DNA of 56,052 bases from Turicibacter sp. UBA7094 (GTDB taxonomy: Bacteria; Bacillota_I; Bacilli_A; MOL361; Turicibacteraceae), in the NCBI GenBank assembly GCA_002493395.1, contig DKYS01000031.1, forward strand, positions 1,920 to 57,971, given 5' to 3'. The position numbers and the translations under genes are program-made. Each line of letters opens with the position of its first letter. Within the stretch, counting starts at the first letter, position 1. Shown here in pieces: positions 1-9,628 of the stretch. The notes below the pieces were generated by a model that was not told the DNA's origin, ran no database searches, and saw nothing but the letters and a program-made list of their open reading frames with translations.

Positions 1-1773
1 TTTAATTAATTCTTCATCCAGTTGTGCTACTTTTTCTTCTAATATAGCAATATCATCATCAATTGTTTCAAACTCTTTCTGTTCTTTAAATGTAAATTTC
101 ACCTTTTTTTCTCGGCGGGGTTTAGATTTGGCAGCTTCTTTCGGTGTTTTCTCCTCTGTTGAATTTTCTTTTAAAAGGTTAGTCTCCTTAAAAAGAAGAT
201 AGTCACTATAATTCCCCGTATAGATTGTAATTTGGCCATTCCCCTCATAGGCAAAGATTTTATTACAAATTCGATCGAGGAAGTAGCGATCATGGGATAC
301 GGTAATGACAATTCCATTAAAATCATCAAGATAGTCTTCGAGACGGCGTAAAGTATCAATATCTAGGTCGTTGGTTGGTTCATCTAGAAGGAGCACATTA
401 GGGGCATCCATTAGAATGCGTAGCAAATAGAGACGGCGTCGTTCGCCACCTGATAGTGTTCCAATTTGAGAATATTGTAGGTGACCATCAAATAAGAAAC
501 GCTCGCACATTTGTGAGGCGGTAATACGTGTTCCATCCGCTGTTTCGATATACTCGCGTTTTTCTTTAATATAGTCAATTGCACGTAAATTCGGATTCAT
601 TTCTTCGCTATCTTGAGCAAAACATCCAATCTTAACAGTCTCACCAATGTCAATATTCCCGCTATCTGGTTTTATTTTTCCCCGAATGAGATTAATGAGT
701 GTCGACTTCCCAATCCCGTTAGGCCCAACAATTCCAATTCGATCGGTCCGTGCAAGTGTATAATCAAGGTCATGGATGAGGCAGCGATCACCGTAAGATT
801 TAAATACGTGATTAAACTCCATAATTTTACGACCTAGACGTGTGGAAGCGACTGAAATATCAATATTTTCTTGGGCAGTCGTCTTTTCCTGATTTTTTAG
901 TTCATCAAATCGTTGTAAACGCGCCTTTTGTTTGGTTGAGCGCGCTTGTGCGCCACGTCTTACCCAAGCTAATTCTTTTCTTAACAGATTTTGACGTTTA
1001 TCTTCCATCGCTGCTTCAAGTTGAAGGCGTTCCATTTTCTTTTCAAGAAATAATGAATAGTTTCCATCATAACTATAAAGATTTCCTTTATCAAGTTCGA
1101 TAATACGATTCGTCACCCGGTCAAGGAAGTAGCGGTCATGCGTAATCATAAGGAGGGCACCTTTACGGGCATTTAAATAGTCCTCTAATTTAGAAATGGT
1201 GTCATTATCAAGATGATTGGTTGGTTCGTCTAAAATTAAAAGTTCGCATGGCGTAATAAGTGCTGAAGCAAGTGCGACTCTCTTTTTCTGCCCCCCAGAG
1301 AGCTCCTTTACTTTTTTAGAAAAAGTTGTGATTCCGAGCTTTGTTAAAACAGATTTTGCTTCACTTTCTAAATCCCATAATTTTAAACGGTCAATTTGAT
1401 CTTGTAATTTTAGAAGACGTTCATTAATGTGATCGTCATAATGAGATTGTAGAGTTTCAAGAACTTTTTGATAATCTCTTAAAAGTTTCATTTCCTCAGA
1501 ATTTCCTTTGAATACTTGTTCTAAGACCGTTGCCTCTTCATCAAATTTAGGATTTTGTGGCAAATACTCAATACGTACTCGATTTCCTTTTGTGATTTTC
1601 CCTGTTTCTGGTGATTCTACACCGGCAATGATTTTAAGCAACGTTGATTTTCCTGTTCCATTAACGCCGATAATTCCGATTTTCTCCCCCTCGCTAATTC
1701 CAAACGAGATATTTTTAAGTAACGTTTTAACCGAATAACTTTTACTTATATTTTCAATTGTCATTAAATTCAA
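1..1773 (-). CDS. ABC-F family ATP-binding protein (Uup/YfmR-like), 3' end runs off the window
   Basis: Absent from the ORF track because it is truncated. Manual translation from TTG at 1773 gives MNLMTIENISKSYS...GVNGTGKST (Walker A), LSGGQKKR, LILDEPTNHLD, then a second cassette GPNGIGKST, LSGGERRR, LLLDEPTNDLD; the window start reads in the same frame. Confidence 0.9.
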   Translation of the reverse strand, partial: MNLMTIENISKSYSVKTLLKNISFGISEGEKIGIIGVNGTGKSTLLKIIAGVESPETGKITKGNRVRIEYLPQNPKFDEEATVLEQVFKGNSEEMKLLRDYQKVLETLQSHYDDHINERLLKLQDQIDRLKLWDLESEAKSVLTKLGITTFSKKVKELSGGQKKRVALASALITPCELLILDEPTNHLDNDTISKLEDYLNARKGALLMITHDRYFLDRVTNRIIELDKGNLYSYDGNYSLFLEKKMERLQLEAAMEDKRQNLLRKELAWVRRGAQARSTKQKARLQRFDELKNQEKTTAQENIDISVASTRLGRKIMEFNHVFKSYGDRCLIHDLDYTLARTDRIGIVGPNGIGKSTLINLIRGKIKPDSGNIDIGETVKIGCFAQDSEEMNPNLRAIDYIKEKREYIETADGTRITASQMCERFLFDGHLQYSQIGTLSGGERRRLYLLRILMDAPNVLLLDEPTNDLDIDTLRRLEDYLDDFNGIVITVSHDRYFLDRICNKIFAYEGNGQITIYTGNYSDYLLFKETNLLKENSTEEKTPKEAAKSKPRREKKVKFTFKEQKEFETIDDDIAILEEKVAQLDEELIK

Positions 1774-1854
1774 ATTTATCACCACAACATTTCTTAAAGA
1801 TAAACTTATTATACCTTTTTTTAAAAGGAGAGCAAATAAAAAAAACCCGATGAA

Positions 1855-2496
1855 TCAGTTATCGGATTTTTGTTCATTAAAGCAGAAAATAATTTGTCCA
1901 TTTTCGATATATGGAAGGTGGATGTGATAGTAATAAGTCACTAATCGGATGATAAAGATAAGTCCAAGGCATAGGTGAGCACTAAGGTATGTCCCAAGAT
2001 AGGGAGAAATGAACCAAAATAAACTAGCTCCGATAATCGAGGCAACAGCATAAATTTCTCTTTTTAAAATAGTAGGCACTTGTTTTGCAAGAATATCACG
2101 AATGACACCGCCCCCTATGGCTGTGATAAGAGAGACAAAGATAAAGGTTAGAAAGTTATAGTGTAGTTCCATTGCTTTCATCGCTGCTGCAATAGTAAAC
2201 ACGGCTAAACCGCTGGCATCTAAGACAAGGAAAGTGGTTTTCCATTTAATTGTTCCCCGAAAGATAATGACAAGTATGGTTGAAAGGAGGATAATTAGCA
2301 TAGACGTGTAGTCCGAGAAGAAGGCGGGAACACCAATATTCGTGACGACATCCCGGATAACCCCTCCACCAATGGCGGTTACCGTAGCTAAAGTGAGGAT
2401 TCCAAAGAAGTCCATTTTTCTTTCAATGGCACGGATGGCTCCCGAGGCGGCGAATACAAAAACCCCGATATATTCTAAAAATAAAATTAACTCCAT
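1855..2496 (-). CDS. UPF0126/trimeric intracellular cation channel (YadS-like) membrane protein
   Basis: Two repeats of TAIGGGVIRD; hydrophobic throughout. Confidence 0.85.
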   Translation of the reverse strand: MELILFLEYIGVFVFAASGAIRAIERKMDFFGILTLATVTAIGGGVIRDVVTNIGVPAFFSDYTSMLIILLSTILVIIFRGTIKWKTTFLVLDASGLAVFTIAAAMKAMELHYNFLTFIFVSLITAIGGGVIRDILAKQVPTILKREIYAVASIIGASLFWFISPYLGTYLSAHLCLGLIFIIRLVTYYYHIHLPYIENGQIIFCFNEQKSDN

Positions 2497-2573
2497 AATC
2501 TCATCTCCTATATTTGAAAGGATTACTGTTTAACTTCACCCTATTGTATGCAAAATACTTTAAATACCACTTG

Positions 2574-2819
2574 TTATTTTGTCCGATGGTTCCTCTTTTT
2601 TTCTTCTTTAGATGGAACGGGGTCATATCCCATTTTGCCAAAAGGGTGACATCTTAAAATCCGTTTTATTGCTAGGAATCCGCCTTTTAGGGCCCCATAT
2701 TTTTCAATCGCTTCAATAGCATAGTGCGAACAGGTTGGGATAAAACGACAGCTAGGTGTTGTTTGTACGGAAATATATTTTTGGTAAAATCGGATAAGCT
2801 TAATCAATAGGTGTTTCAT
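2574..2819 (-). CDS. yidD: Membrane protein insertion efficiency factor YidD
   Basis: [11 protein letters not shown]...[17 protein letters not shown]; AGGAGG precedes ATG at 2819. Confidence 0.92.
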   Translation of the reverse strand: MKHLLIKLIRFYQKYISVQTTPSCRFIPTCSHYAIEAIEKYGALKGGFLAIKRILRCHPFGKMGYDPVPSKEEKKRNHRTK

Positions 2820-2966
2820 TTCAGCAGGCCTCCTTTTCTTGACTGCCAATGACTAAAAATATTTTATCAAAAAAAATATTTCAATAGAAGGACTTTTGCA
2901 TAGAATATGTCGTACAAAAGTTTTTCCATTTACTTCCATAGTTTGATTGGATAAGGAGATGATAGT

Positions 2967-4775
2967 ATGTGTGGAATTTTTGGGGTTGTTAATTATCATT
3001 TAAATGAGGTGAGGACGCCTTATGATATGAGTTGCGTGCAAGCTGTTTTACATCGGGGACCTGATGAGGGAGGGACGTTTTATGATCCGCATGTTTTTTT
3101 AGGTCATCGTCGTCTATCAGTTGTCGATATTGAACAGGGAAAACAACCAATGTCTTTTCATCATTATACGATGGTTTATAATGGTGAACTCTACAATACG
3201 GAGGAAATTCGTCAAGAATTATTAGAAGCAGGTTATACATTTAAAGGACACTCAGACACAGAAGTTTTATTAAAAGCTTATGTTTGTTTTGGAGAAAAGG
3301 TTGTGGAAAAATTAAATGGGATTTATGCCTTCGCGGTATGGAATCAAAAAGAGCAGACGTTGTATGTCGCGCGTGATCGTGCTGGAGTCAAACCGCTGTA
3401 TTATTCTTTATTAGCAGATGGTTTAATCTTCGCTTCAGAACAAAAACAGATTTTAACGTATACAAATAAAAATGAAATCACGTTAGAAGGATTTAAAGAA
3501 TTACTAGGGGTAGGACCTTCTCATACACCAGGGCATGGACTTTATAAAGGGATTGAAGAGTTAAAACCTGGTCATTATATGAGAGTTTCTTCTGGACATA
3601 TAGAAACGGTTCAATATTGGGAGCTTGAAGCGAAGAAACACGAGGATGATTTTGAAACAACCGTCGCTAAAACAAGAGAAATTTTATTAGACGCCATTAA
3701 ACGTCAGTTAGTGTCTGATGTTCCATTATGTACGTTTTTATCAGGGGGGATTGACTCTTCTGCGATTACAGCGATTGCAGCAAGTCAAATCAAGGATCTT
3801 CATACCTTCTCAATTGATTATGAAGATAATTTAAAATATTTTAAAAAGACGGATTTCACCGTTTCTCAAGATAATGATTTTATTAAGTTAATTTCTGATC
3901 TAAATCACACCCATCACCATTATTGTGTCATTAGTAATCAAGATTTGGCGGATGCTTTAACAGATGCTGTTCATTTTCGTGATATGCCAGGAATGGCGGA
4001 TGTTGATTCATCGTTATATTGGTTCTGTAAAAAAATTAAAGAAGATTTTACGGTAGGTCTATCAGGTGAATGTGCTGATGAGATTTTTGGTGGGTATCCT
4101 TGGTTTTACCGAGAACCGATGAATGGAATGTTCCCATGGCTTAGAGATTTAGCGATTCGTAATACGTTGCTAAAACCTGAGTGGCAGGAAAAATTAGATT
4201 TAGTCGGTTATGCAACCGAACGGTTCAATCAATCATTAGCAATGGCTCCTATTTTAGAGGGTGATTGTGATTTAGATAATGAAAAACGTCAATTAACTTA
4301 TTTAAATACTAAATGGTTTATGACGACTCTTTTAGATCGTAAGGACCGTATGAGTATGGGAGCAAGCCTTGAGGTTCGTGTTCCATTTGCCGATCATCGT
4401 TTGATGGAATATTTATACAATATTCCGTGGGATATGAAGTTCCATGGGGGAATGGAAAAAGGATTATTACGTAAAGCATTAGAAGGTGTTTTACCAGATG
4501 AAGTTTTATACCGTAAAAAAAATCCATATCCAAAAACACATAATCCTCACTATACGTCAATTATTCAATCATTGTTAAGAGAGGCGTTAAATGATCCAAA
4601 CTCTATCTTACATGAAATCTTTGATGAGCAAAAATTATGGGCGCTTGCTAATACAAATGATGAAATTATTACACGTCCATGGTTCGGACAATTAATGACT
4701 CAACCTCAATTAATTGCTTACTTATATCAATTCCACGTTTGGTTTAAAGAGTATCATATGACATTTGTTGAATAG
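2967..4775 (+). CDS. asnB: Asparagine synthase (glutamine-hydrolysing), AsnO-like
   Basis: N-terminal MCGI (Ntn amidotransferase), HRGPD, LSGGIDSS, SGECADEIFGGY, EVRVPF. Confidence 0.93.
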   Translation: MCGIFGVVNYHLNEVRTPYDMSCVQAVLHRGPDEGGTFYDPHVFLGHRRLSVVDIEQGKQPMSFHHYTMVYNGELYNTEEIRQELLEAGYTFKGHSDTEVLLKAYVCFGEKVVEKLNGIYAFAVWNQKEQTLYVARDRAGVKPLYYSLLADGLIFASEQKQILTYTNKNEITLEGFKELLGVGPSHTPGHGLYKGIEELKPGHYMRVSSGHIETVQYWELEAKKHEDDFETTVAKTREILLDAIKRQLVSDVPLCTFLSGGIDSSAITAIAASQIKDLHTFSIDYEDNLKYFKKTDFTVSQDNDFIKLISDLNHTHHHYCVISNQDLADALTDAVHFRDMPGMADVDSSLYWFCKKIKEDFTVGLSGECADEIFGGYPWFYREPMNGMFPWLRDLAIRNTLLKPEWQEKLDLVGYATERFNQSLAMAPILEGDCDLDNEKRQLTYLNTKWFMTTLLDRKDRMSMGASLEVRVPFADHRLMEYLYNIPWDMKFHGGMEKGLLRKALEGVLPDEVLYRKKNPYPKTHNPHYTSIIQSLLREALNDPNSILHEIFDEQKLWALANTNDEIITRPWFGQLMTQPQLIAYLYQFHVWFKEYHMTFVE

Positions 4776-4782
4776 AAAATGA

Positions 4783-4814
4783 GAACGTTAGCCTTCCCGG
4801 CTAACGTTTTTTTT
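4783..4814 (+). terminator. Intrinsic terminator after asnB
   Basis: AACGTTAGCC/GGCTAACGTT stem followed by a T-run. Confidence 0.8.
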
Positions 4815-4832
4815 AGGAATGAGACGAGCAGA

Positions 4833-4862
4833 GTATAAAAGAAAGGGATTTAACCCATACTA
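4833..4862 (+). promoter_or_regulatory. Forespore sigma (SigG/SigF-type) promoter for ytfI-ytfJ
   Basis: GTATA-18 nt-CATACTA matches the SigG consensus; ytfIJ are forespore genes in B. subtilis. Confidence 0.55.
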
Positions 4863-4891
4863 TGGAAAATAAATAGTTAAGGGGAATAGAG

Positions 4892-5653
4892 ATGCGTTTT
4901 ATTGGTTATGTTGTGCTTATTCTTTTAGGGATTATTCTGATGTTATTATTTATAAAAGTTAAAATAGAAATCTTTTTTAATCCTCACAAAGGGTGGATTG
5001 AGTTAAGGTATTTATGGCTTAAGTATCGGCTTGATATGGATGATTTTTTAACAGATTCTAAGAAGGAGGAGATGGAGCAACAATTCGCTAAGGTACAAGA
5101 AGAAACAAAGCAAGAGCTGACCCGAGTTGAATTCAAAGAAACGGTAAAGGTAAAAAAAGACCCTATTGACAATCCGTCTTCGCATGTTTTGAAGAAGGAG
5201 AGGGGAGCCACTAAGAAAAAAACGAAGAAGGTAAAGGTGAAACAAAAAAAGGTCACACGGAAATTAGACTTTCAGGCGATTAAATCAATGATTAGACGCG
5301 GAAAAGTCATTTTTAAGCTTTCAAAAAAGGTCCTTATTCGCTTAACGAATAGAATTAGAATTCATCGTTTAGAATCAATGATTGATGTTAGTCTAGATGA
5401 TGCGATGACAACGGGATGTCTGATCGGAGGTCTTTGGGCGCTTGAGGCGAATGGTCATGCTTTTATTGAACGCTACGTTAAAAAAGTAGATGATTATCAT
5501 TTTGATGTAAGCAGTAAATTTAAGGGGAATTCACTTTTTCTTAGTCTTTCATGTATACTCTCGTTTCGAATCGCCGATATTATACTTGTTCTTTTATTAT
5601 CTTTTAAAGAATTATTAACGATTAAACGGATGCTAAAAGTTGAGGAGGAATAA
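4892..5653 (+). CDS. DUF2953 / YtfI-like protein
   Basis: N-terminal TM segment, DDAMTTGCLIG motif, directly upstream of ytfJ. Confidence 0.7.
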   Translation: MRFIGYVVLILLGIILMLLFIKVKIEIFFNPHKGWIELRYLWLKYRLDMDDFLTDSKKEEMEQQFAKVQEETKQELTRVEFKETVKVKKDPIDNPSSHVLKKERGATKKKTKKVKVKQKKVTRKLDFQAIKSMIRRGKVIFKLSKKVLIRLTNRIRIHRLESMIDVSLDDAMTTGCLIGGLWALEANGHAFIERYVKKVDDYHFDVSSKFKGNSLFLSLSCILSFRIADIILVLLLSFKELLTIKRMLKVEEE

Positions 5654-5657
5654 TCGT

Positions 5658-6065
5658 ATGGCAGAACATCCAATTCATAATTTAATGAAAATTTCAATGG
5701 AGAGTTTAAAGAAAATGGTGGACGTGGATACCATTGTTGGGAATCCCTTAAAAACAGATCGTGGGGATACTATTATTCCTGTTTCTAAAGTAAGTTTTGG
5801 ATTTGGAGCGGGAGGTAGCGAGTTTGAGTCTGAACGAAAATCGACATCTAATGATAATGCACCATTCGGAGGTGGAAGTGGTGGAGGGGTTTCGATTACA
5901 CCGATTGCCTTTTTAGTCGTCAATGAATCAGGGGTCGAATTAAAACACATTGAAGAACGTACTTCACTCTATGAGCGTTTATTAGATCAAGCCCCTAAGT
6001 TTATTAATAATATTGTGAATGAATTTGATAAATCAGGATCTAAATCATCAGATAAAAATGAGTAA
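5658..6065 (+). CDS. ytfJ: GerW/YtfJ family sporulation protein
   Basis: MAEHPI...DVDTIVG...IIPVSKVSFGFGAGGSE...FGGGSGGGVSITPIAFLVV; GAGGAGG RBS before ATG 5658. Confidence 0.92.
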   Translation: MAEHPIHNLMKISMESLKKMVDVDTIVGNPLKTDRGDTIIPVSKVSFGFGAGGSEFESERKSTSNDNAPFGGGSGGGVSITPIAFLVVNESGVELKHIEERTSLYERLLDQAPKFINNIVNEFDKSGSKSSDKNE

Positions 6066-6277
6066 AACCGCTGTTTTACTCATTTTTCTATTTGAGGGGC
6101 TAATTGTCCGCCGTTGTTTAAGGCGGATTTTTCGTGCGACTGTGTTTAGAAAAGATCACAAGATGTAAAGCGTTATCTTTTTTTGCTCAAACGTTATAAC
6201 ATTGTTAAGTTAAAACCGTGACATTGCTTTAAAGTTGTAGTAAAATCAATTTGTATATCATGAAGAGGTGATTTTTA

Positions 6278-7264
6278 GTGCTTAGACCCGAAGTAATTGA
6301 ACAACTATTTGATCTCGTAGATGAAACCTCGATGATCATTAGCTCGGAATTGAAGATGAATTATTTGCACGCGTTGTGCGAATCATGTCAAAACATTATG
6401 AATCAAGAAGTTAATTCATCACTGAATGAAGAGTCAAAGGAGATTTTAAAATCTCATTATGCGACACTTGAGGGATTAGAATTTACGCAGGAAGAAATTA
6501 GAAAGGCGCTTCAGTTAGCTATTTTAAAAGGGCTTAAGTCAGAGCGATTAACGAATGCAATGATGACACCAGATTCTATTGCCATGATGTTAGGTTATTT
6601 AATTTCTAAGTTTATAGGGGATATTAAGCAGGCCTGTGTCGCTGATTTAACGGTAGGAACTGCCAATCTGCTGACGGCTGTTTTAAATCATTTAGGGACT
6701 GAACCTCAGATGATTTATGGGGTGGACGTAGATCCTGATTTATTAAAGATTGCATGTACACTTTCTGATATGCAAGAATATGAAATTCAATTTTATCAAC
6801 AAAGCTCGTTAAAGCCATTATTGGTTCAGCCACTGGATTTAATTATGGGGGATTTACCTGAGGGGCATCTTTCAAAGGAAGAATTAGATGGGTTAGCCTT
6901 AACGTTGGTTTCTGAGGGCGTAGACTACCTCCCATATCTATTGATTGAAAACCATCTGAAGTATTTAAAACCAGGCGGATACGGTTTTTATGTCATTCCA
7001 AATGATCTATTTAGCCAATCAGGATCGCAGGTCTTTCATCAATTATTAACATCGGAGGCAACCATTCAAGCATTGTTACAATTACCTATGTCTTTGTTTA
7101 AGGCAGATGAAGTTGGAAAAAGCTTATTTATTATTCAAAAAAATGGTGAGGATGTTCCTGCAGTTAAGGAAGTATTAGTGGCGCAATTACCAAGCTTTAG
7201 TGATCCACACGCCTTTAATCAGACGTTAAATCGTATTGAAAATTGGATAAAAATGAATAAATAA
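6278..7264 (+). CDS. Class I SAM-dependent methyltransferase, YtxK-like
   Basis: MTPDSI, DLTVGTANLL, GDLP; conserved position upstream of ackA. Confidence 0.8.
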   Translation: MLRPEVIEQLFDLVDETSMIISSELKMNYLHALCESCQNIMNQEVNSSLNEESKEILKSHYATLEGLEFTQEEIRKALQLAILKGLKSERLTNAMMTPDSIAMMLGYLISKFIGDIKQACVADLTVGTANLLTAVLNHLGTEPQMIYGVDVDPDLLKIACTLSDMQEYEIQFYQQSSLKPLLVQPLDLIMGDLPEGHLSKEELDGLALTLVSEGVDYLPYLLIENHLKYLKPGGYGFYVIPNDLFSQSGSQVFHQLLTSEATIQALLQLPMSLFKADEVGKSLFIIQKNGEDVPAVKEVLVAQLPSFSDPHAFNQTLNRIENWIKMNK

Positions 7265-7280
7265 AATGGAGGGTACCGTT

Positions 7281-8468
7281 ATGACTAAAATTTTATCAGT
7301 TAACGCAGGAAGTTCATCGTTAAAATTTCAATTATTAGAGATGCCAGCTCAAACTGTCATTACGAAAGGGCTTGTAGAACGTATTGGATTTAACGATGGG
7401 GTATTTAATATTAAATTTGAGGACCAAAAGATTGAGAAGGTTTTACCGATTAAAGATCATAGTGTAGCTGTCCATTTATTACTTGAGGCGTTACTTGATT
7501 TGAAAATAGTAGCTAATTATGATGAAATTAGTGGAGTAGGACACCGCGTCGTTCATGGGGGAGAAAAATTTGATCGATCAGTGATTATTACAGACGAAGT
7601 GTTAGCCGAAATTGATGCCCTATCAGAATTAGCGCCACTTCATAATCCTGCTCACGTTTTAGGAATTAAAGCGTTCATGAAGGAATTACCTCATGCTGTT
7701 CCGGTTGCTGTATTTGATACAGCTTTTCACCAAACAATGAATAAGGATGCTTACTTATATCCGGTAAAATATGAGTGGTATCAAAAATATGGTGTGCGTA
7801 AATATGGATTCCATGGAACTTCTCACCAATACGTTGCTAAGCGTTGTGCAACATTAATGGGGAAACCATTAGAAGAGACAAAGTTGATTACCATTCACTT
7901 AGGAAATGGTGCATCGTTAACGGCTGTTAAAGGTGGTCACTCAGTGGATACATCGATGGGATTTACTCCGTTAGCAGGACTCATGATGGGGACACGTTCA
8001 GGAGACGTCGATCCAGCTGTTTTACCATTTGTGATGGCAAAAGAAAACTTAACAGTTGAACAGGCAGTTAATGCGTTAAATAAAGAGTCAGGATTATATG
8101 GCGTATCGGGTGAATCGTCTGATATGCGTGACATCTTAAAGTTAGTCGCACAAAAAGACGAGCGTGCAATGATCGCCTTTGATTTATATGTTAAACGTAT
8201 TTGTGATTACATTGGAGCTTATTACATTTACTTAAACGGAGTCGATGCTTTAGTCTTCACTGCAGGAATTGGTGAAAATTCAACACCTGTTCGTAAAGCA
8301 ATCGTTGATCGTTTAGGTGTTCTTGGAATCAAATTAGATGACGAGGCGAATAAAGCAATGGGAGAGGAACAGTTAATTTCAACAGCCGATTCGAAAATTA
8401 AGGCATATGCAATTCCAACTAATGAAGAGCTAATGATTGCTGAAGATACTTATGCATTTGTTAAATAA
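7281..8468 (+). CDS. ackA: Acetate kinase
   Basis: NAGSSSLKFQ, GHRVVHGG, APLHNP, YGFHGTSH, FTAGIGEN, TNEE. Confidence 0.97.
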   Translation: MTKILSVNAGSSSLKFQLLEMPAQTVITKGLVERIGFNDGVFNIKFEDQKIEKVLPIKDHSVAVHLLLEALLDLKIVANYDEISGVGHRVVHGGEKFDRSVIITDEVLAEIDALSELAPLHNPAHVLGIKAFMKELPHAVPVAVFDTAFHQTMNKDAYLYPVKYEWYQKYGVRKYGFHGTSHQYVAKRCATLMGKPLEETKLITIHLGNGASLTAVKGGHSVDTSMGFTPLAGLMMGTRSGDVDPAVLPFVMAKENLTVEQAVNALNKESGLYGVSGESSDMRDILKLVAQKDERAMIAFDLYVKRICDYIGAYYIYLNGVDALVFTAGIGENSTPVRKAIVDRLGVLGIKLDDEANKAMGEEQLISTADSKIKAYAIPTNEELMIAEDTYAFVK

Positions 8469-8505
8469 AAAAAGATGAGATTCAGTGATGAATCTCATCT
8501 TTTTT
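8467..8505 (+). terminator. Intrinsic terminator after ackA
   Basis: AAAAAAGATGAGATTCA/TGAATCTCATCTTTTTT inverted repeat. Confidence 0.85.
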
Positions 8506-8559
8506 ATGAAACTACGAGATTGTGTTATAATTTAAGCATGCTAAAATAGAGGTGAAAAC

Positions 8560-9525
8560 ATGTTAAAAGAAATTTGGAGTCATATCGTTGCATTTGATAA
8601 GATTATTATTCATCGTCATATCAGTCCAGATCCGGATGCATTAGGTTCACAATTAGGGCTTGCTGCATTGATTCGTCATACTTATAAAGATAAAATGGTA
8701 AAAACGGTAGGGTTTAATGAACCTTCGCTTTCTTGGATGGGGGAAATGGATGGAGCCTTAGATGAGGATTATGAAGGGGCGTTAGTCCTCATTATGGATA
8801 CGGCGAATTCGGCACGTATCGATGACTCCCGTTATAAATTGGCGGCTAAGTCAATCAAGATAGACCATCATCCGGTTGTTGAAGAATATGCAGATATTAA
8901 CTATACCAATACGTCAGCGTCATCTACTTCAGAAATTGTTGTTAATTTGTATGAATTTAATAAAGAAGCGTATCAGTTACAATTATCTGAGGAGGCGGCA
9001 ACTTGTTTATATACAGGAATTATCGCAGATAGTGGACGCTTTTTATACGATAATACAACGATAGATACGCTAAAGGCAACTCAACTTTTATATGCGTGTG
9101 AAATCGACCGAAATAAAATTCATGAATGTTTGTATCGCCGTTCTTTGAATATCGTTCAAGCACAGGGGTATGTGTTAAGTCAATTCGAAGTGAGCGAAGC
9201 GGGTGTGGCTTATTTTAAAATGCCGTTAGATGTTCAAAAGTCTTATCAGTTAACAACAGGGACACGCTCAGCATTGGTAAATACGTTAGCAAATATTGAG
9301 GGTGTGCTAGTTTGGGTTTGTTTGTTTGAAAATGAAGATGGAAGAATTCGGGCAAATATTCGATCAAATGGTCCGGCTATTCATGAGATTGCTGCTAAGT
9401 TTGATGGGGGAGGTCATCCAAAGGCATCTGGAGCGATGCTTAGCAAATGGGAGAAAAGCCAAGAGCTGTTAGATGAATTAAATGAGGCGTGCCAAATGTA
9501 TCGAAGAGAAACGATGAATGTATAA
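8560..9525 (+). CDS. nrnA: Bifunctional oligoribonuclease/PAP phosphatase NrnA (DHH family)
   Basis: HRHISPDPDALGSQ, IDHH, GGGHPKASG. Confidence 0.9.
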   Translation: MLKEIWSHIVAFDKIIIHRHISPDPDALGSQLGLAALIRHTYKDKMVKTVGFNEPSLSWMGEMDGALDEDYEGALVLIMDTANSARIDDSRYKLAAKSIKIDHHPVVEEYADINYTNTSASSTSEIVVNLYEFNKEAYQLQLSEEAATCLYTGIIADSGRFLYDNTTIDTLKATQLLYACEIDRNKIHECLYRRSLNIVQAQGYVLSQFEVSEAGVAYFKMPLDVQKSYQLTTGTRSALVNTLANIEGVLVWVCLFENEDGRIRANIRSNGPAIHEIAAKFDGGGHPKASGAMLSKWEKSQELLDELNEACQMYRRETMNV

Positions 9526-9589
9526 ATCGATTAATTTAGGGAAGACTATAGGCAATTGTCAGTAGTCTTCTTTTGTGTTAAGATAAGGG

Positions 9590-9603
9590 CGAACAAATGT
9601 TTA
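9590..9603 (+). promoter_or_regulatory. LexA (SOS/Cheo) box upstream of dnaE
   Basis: CGAACAAATGTTTA fits the Gram-positive consensus CGAAC-N4-GTTY; dnaE is SOS-regulated in B. subtilis. Confidence 0.6.
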
Positions 9604-9628
9604 ATTTTTGAGGAGAGGAGGCGTTCGA

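Noticed and set aside
171-1738. Short ORFs in the first 1.7 kb
   Set aside because: Shadows of the minus-strand ABC-F gene that runs off the window
6164-6178. cre-like TGTAAAGCGTTATCT upstream of ytxK-ackA
   Set aside because: Needs a gap or three mismatches to fit the consensus; plausible but not supportable
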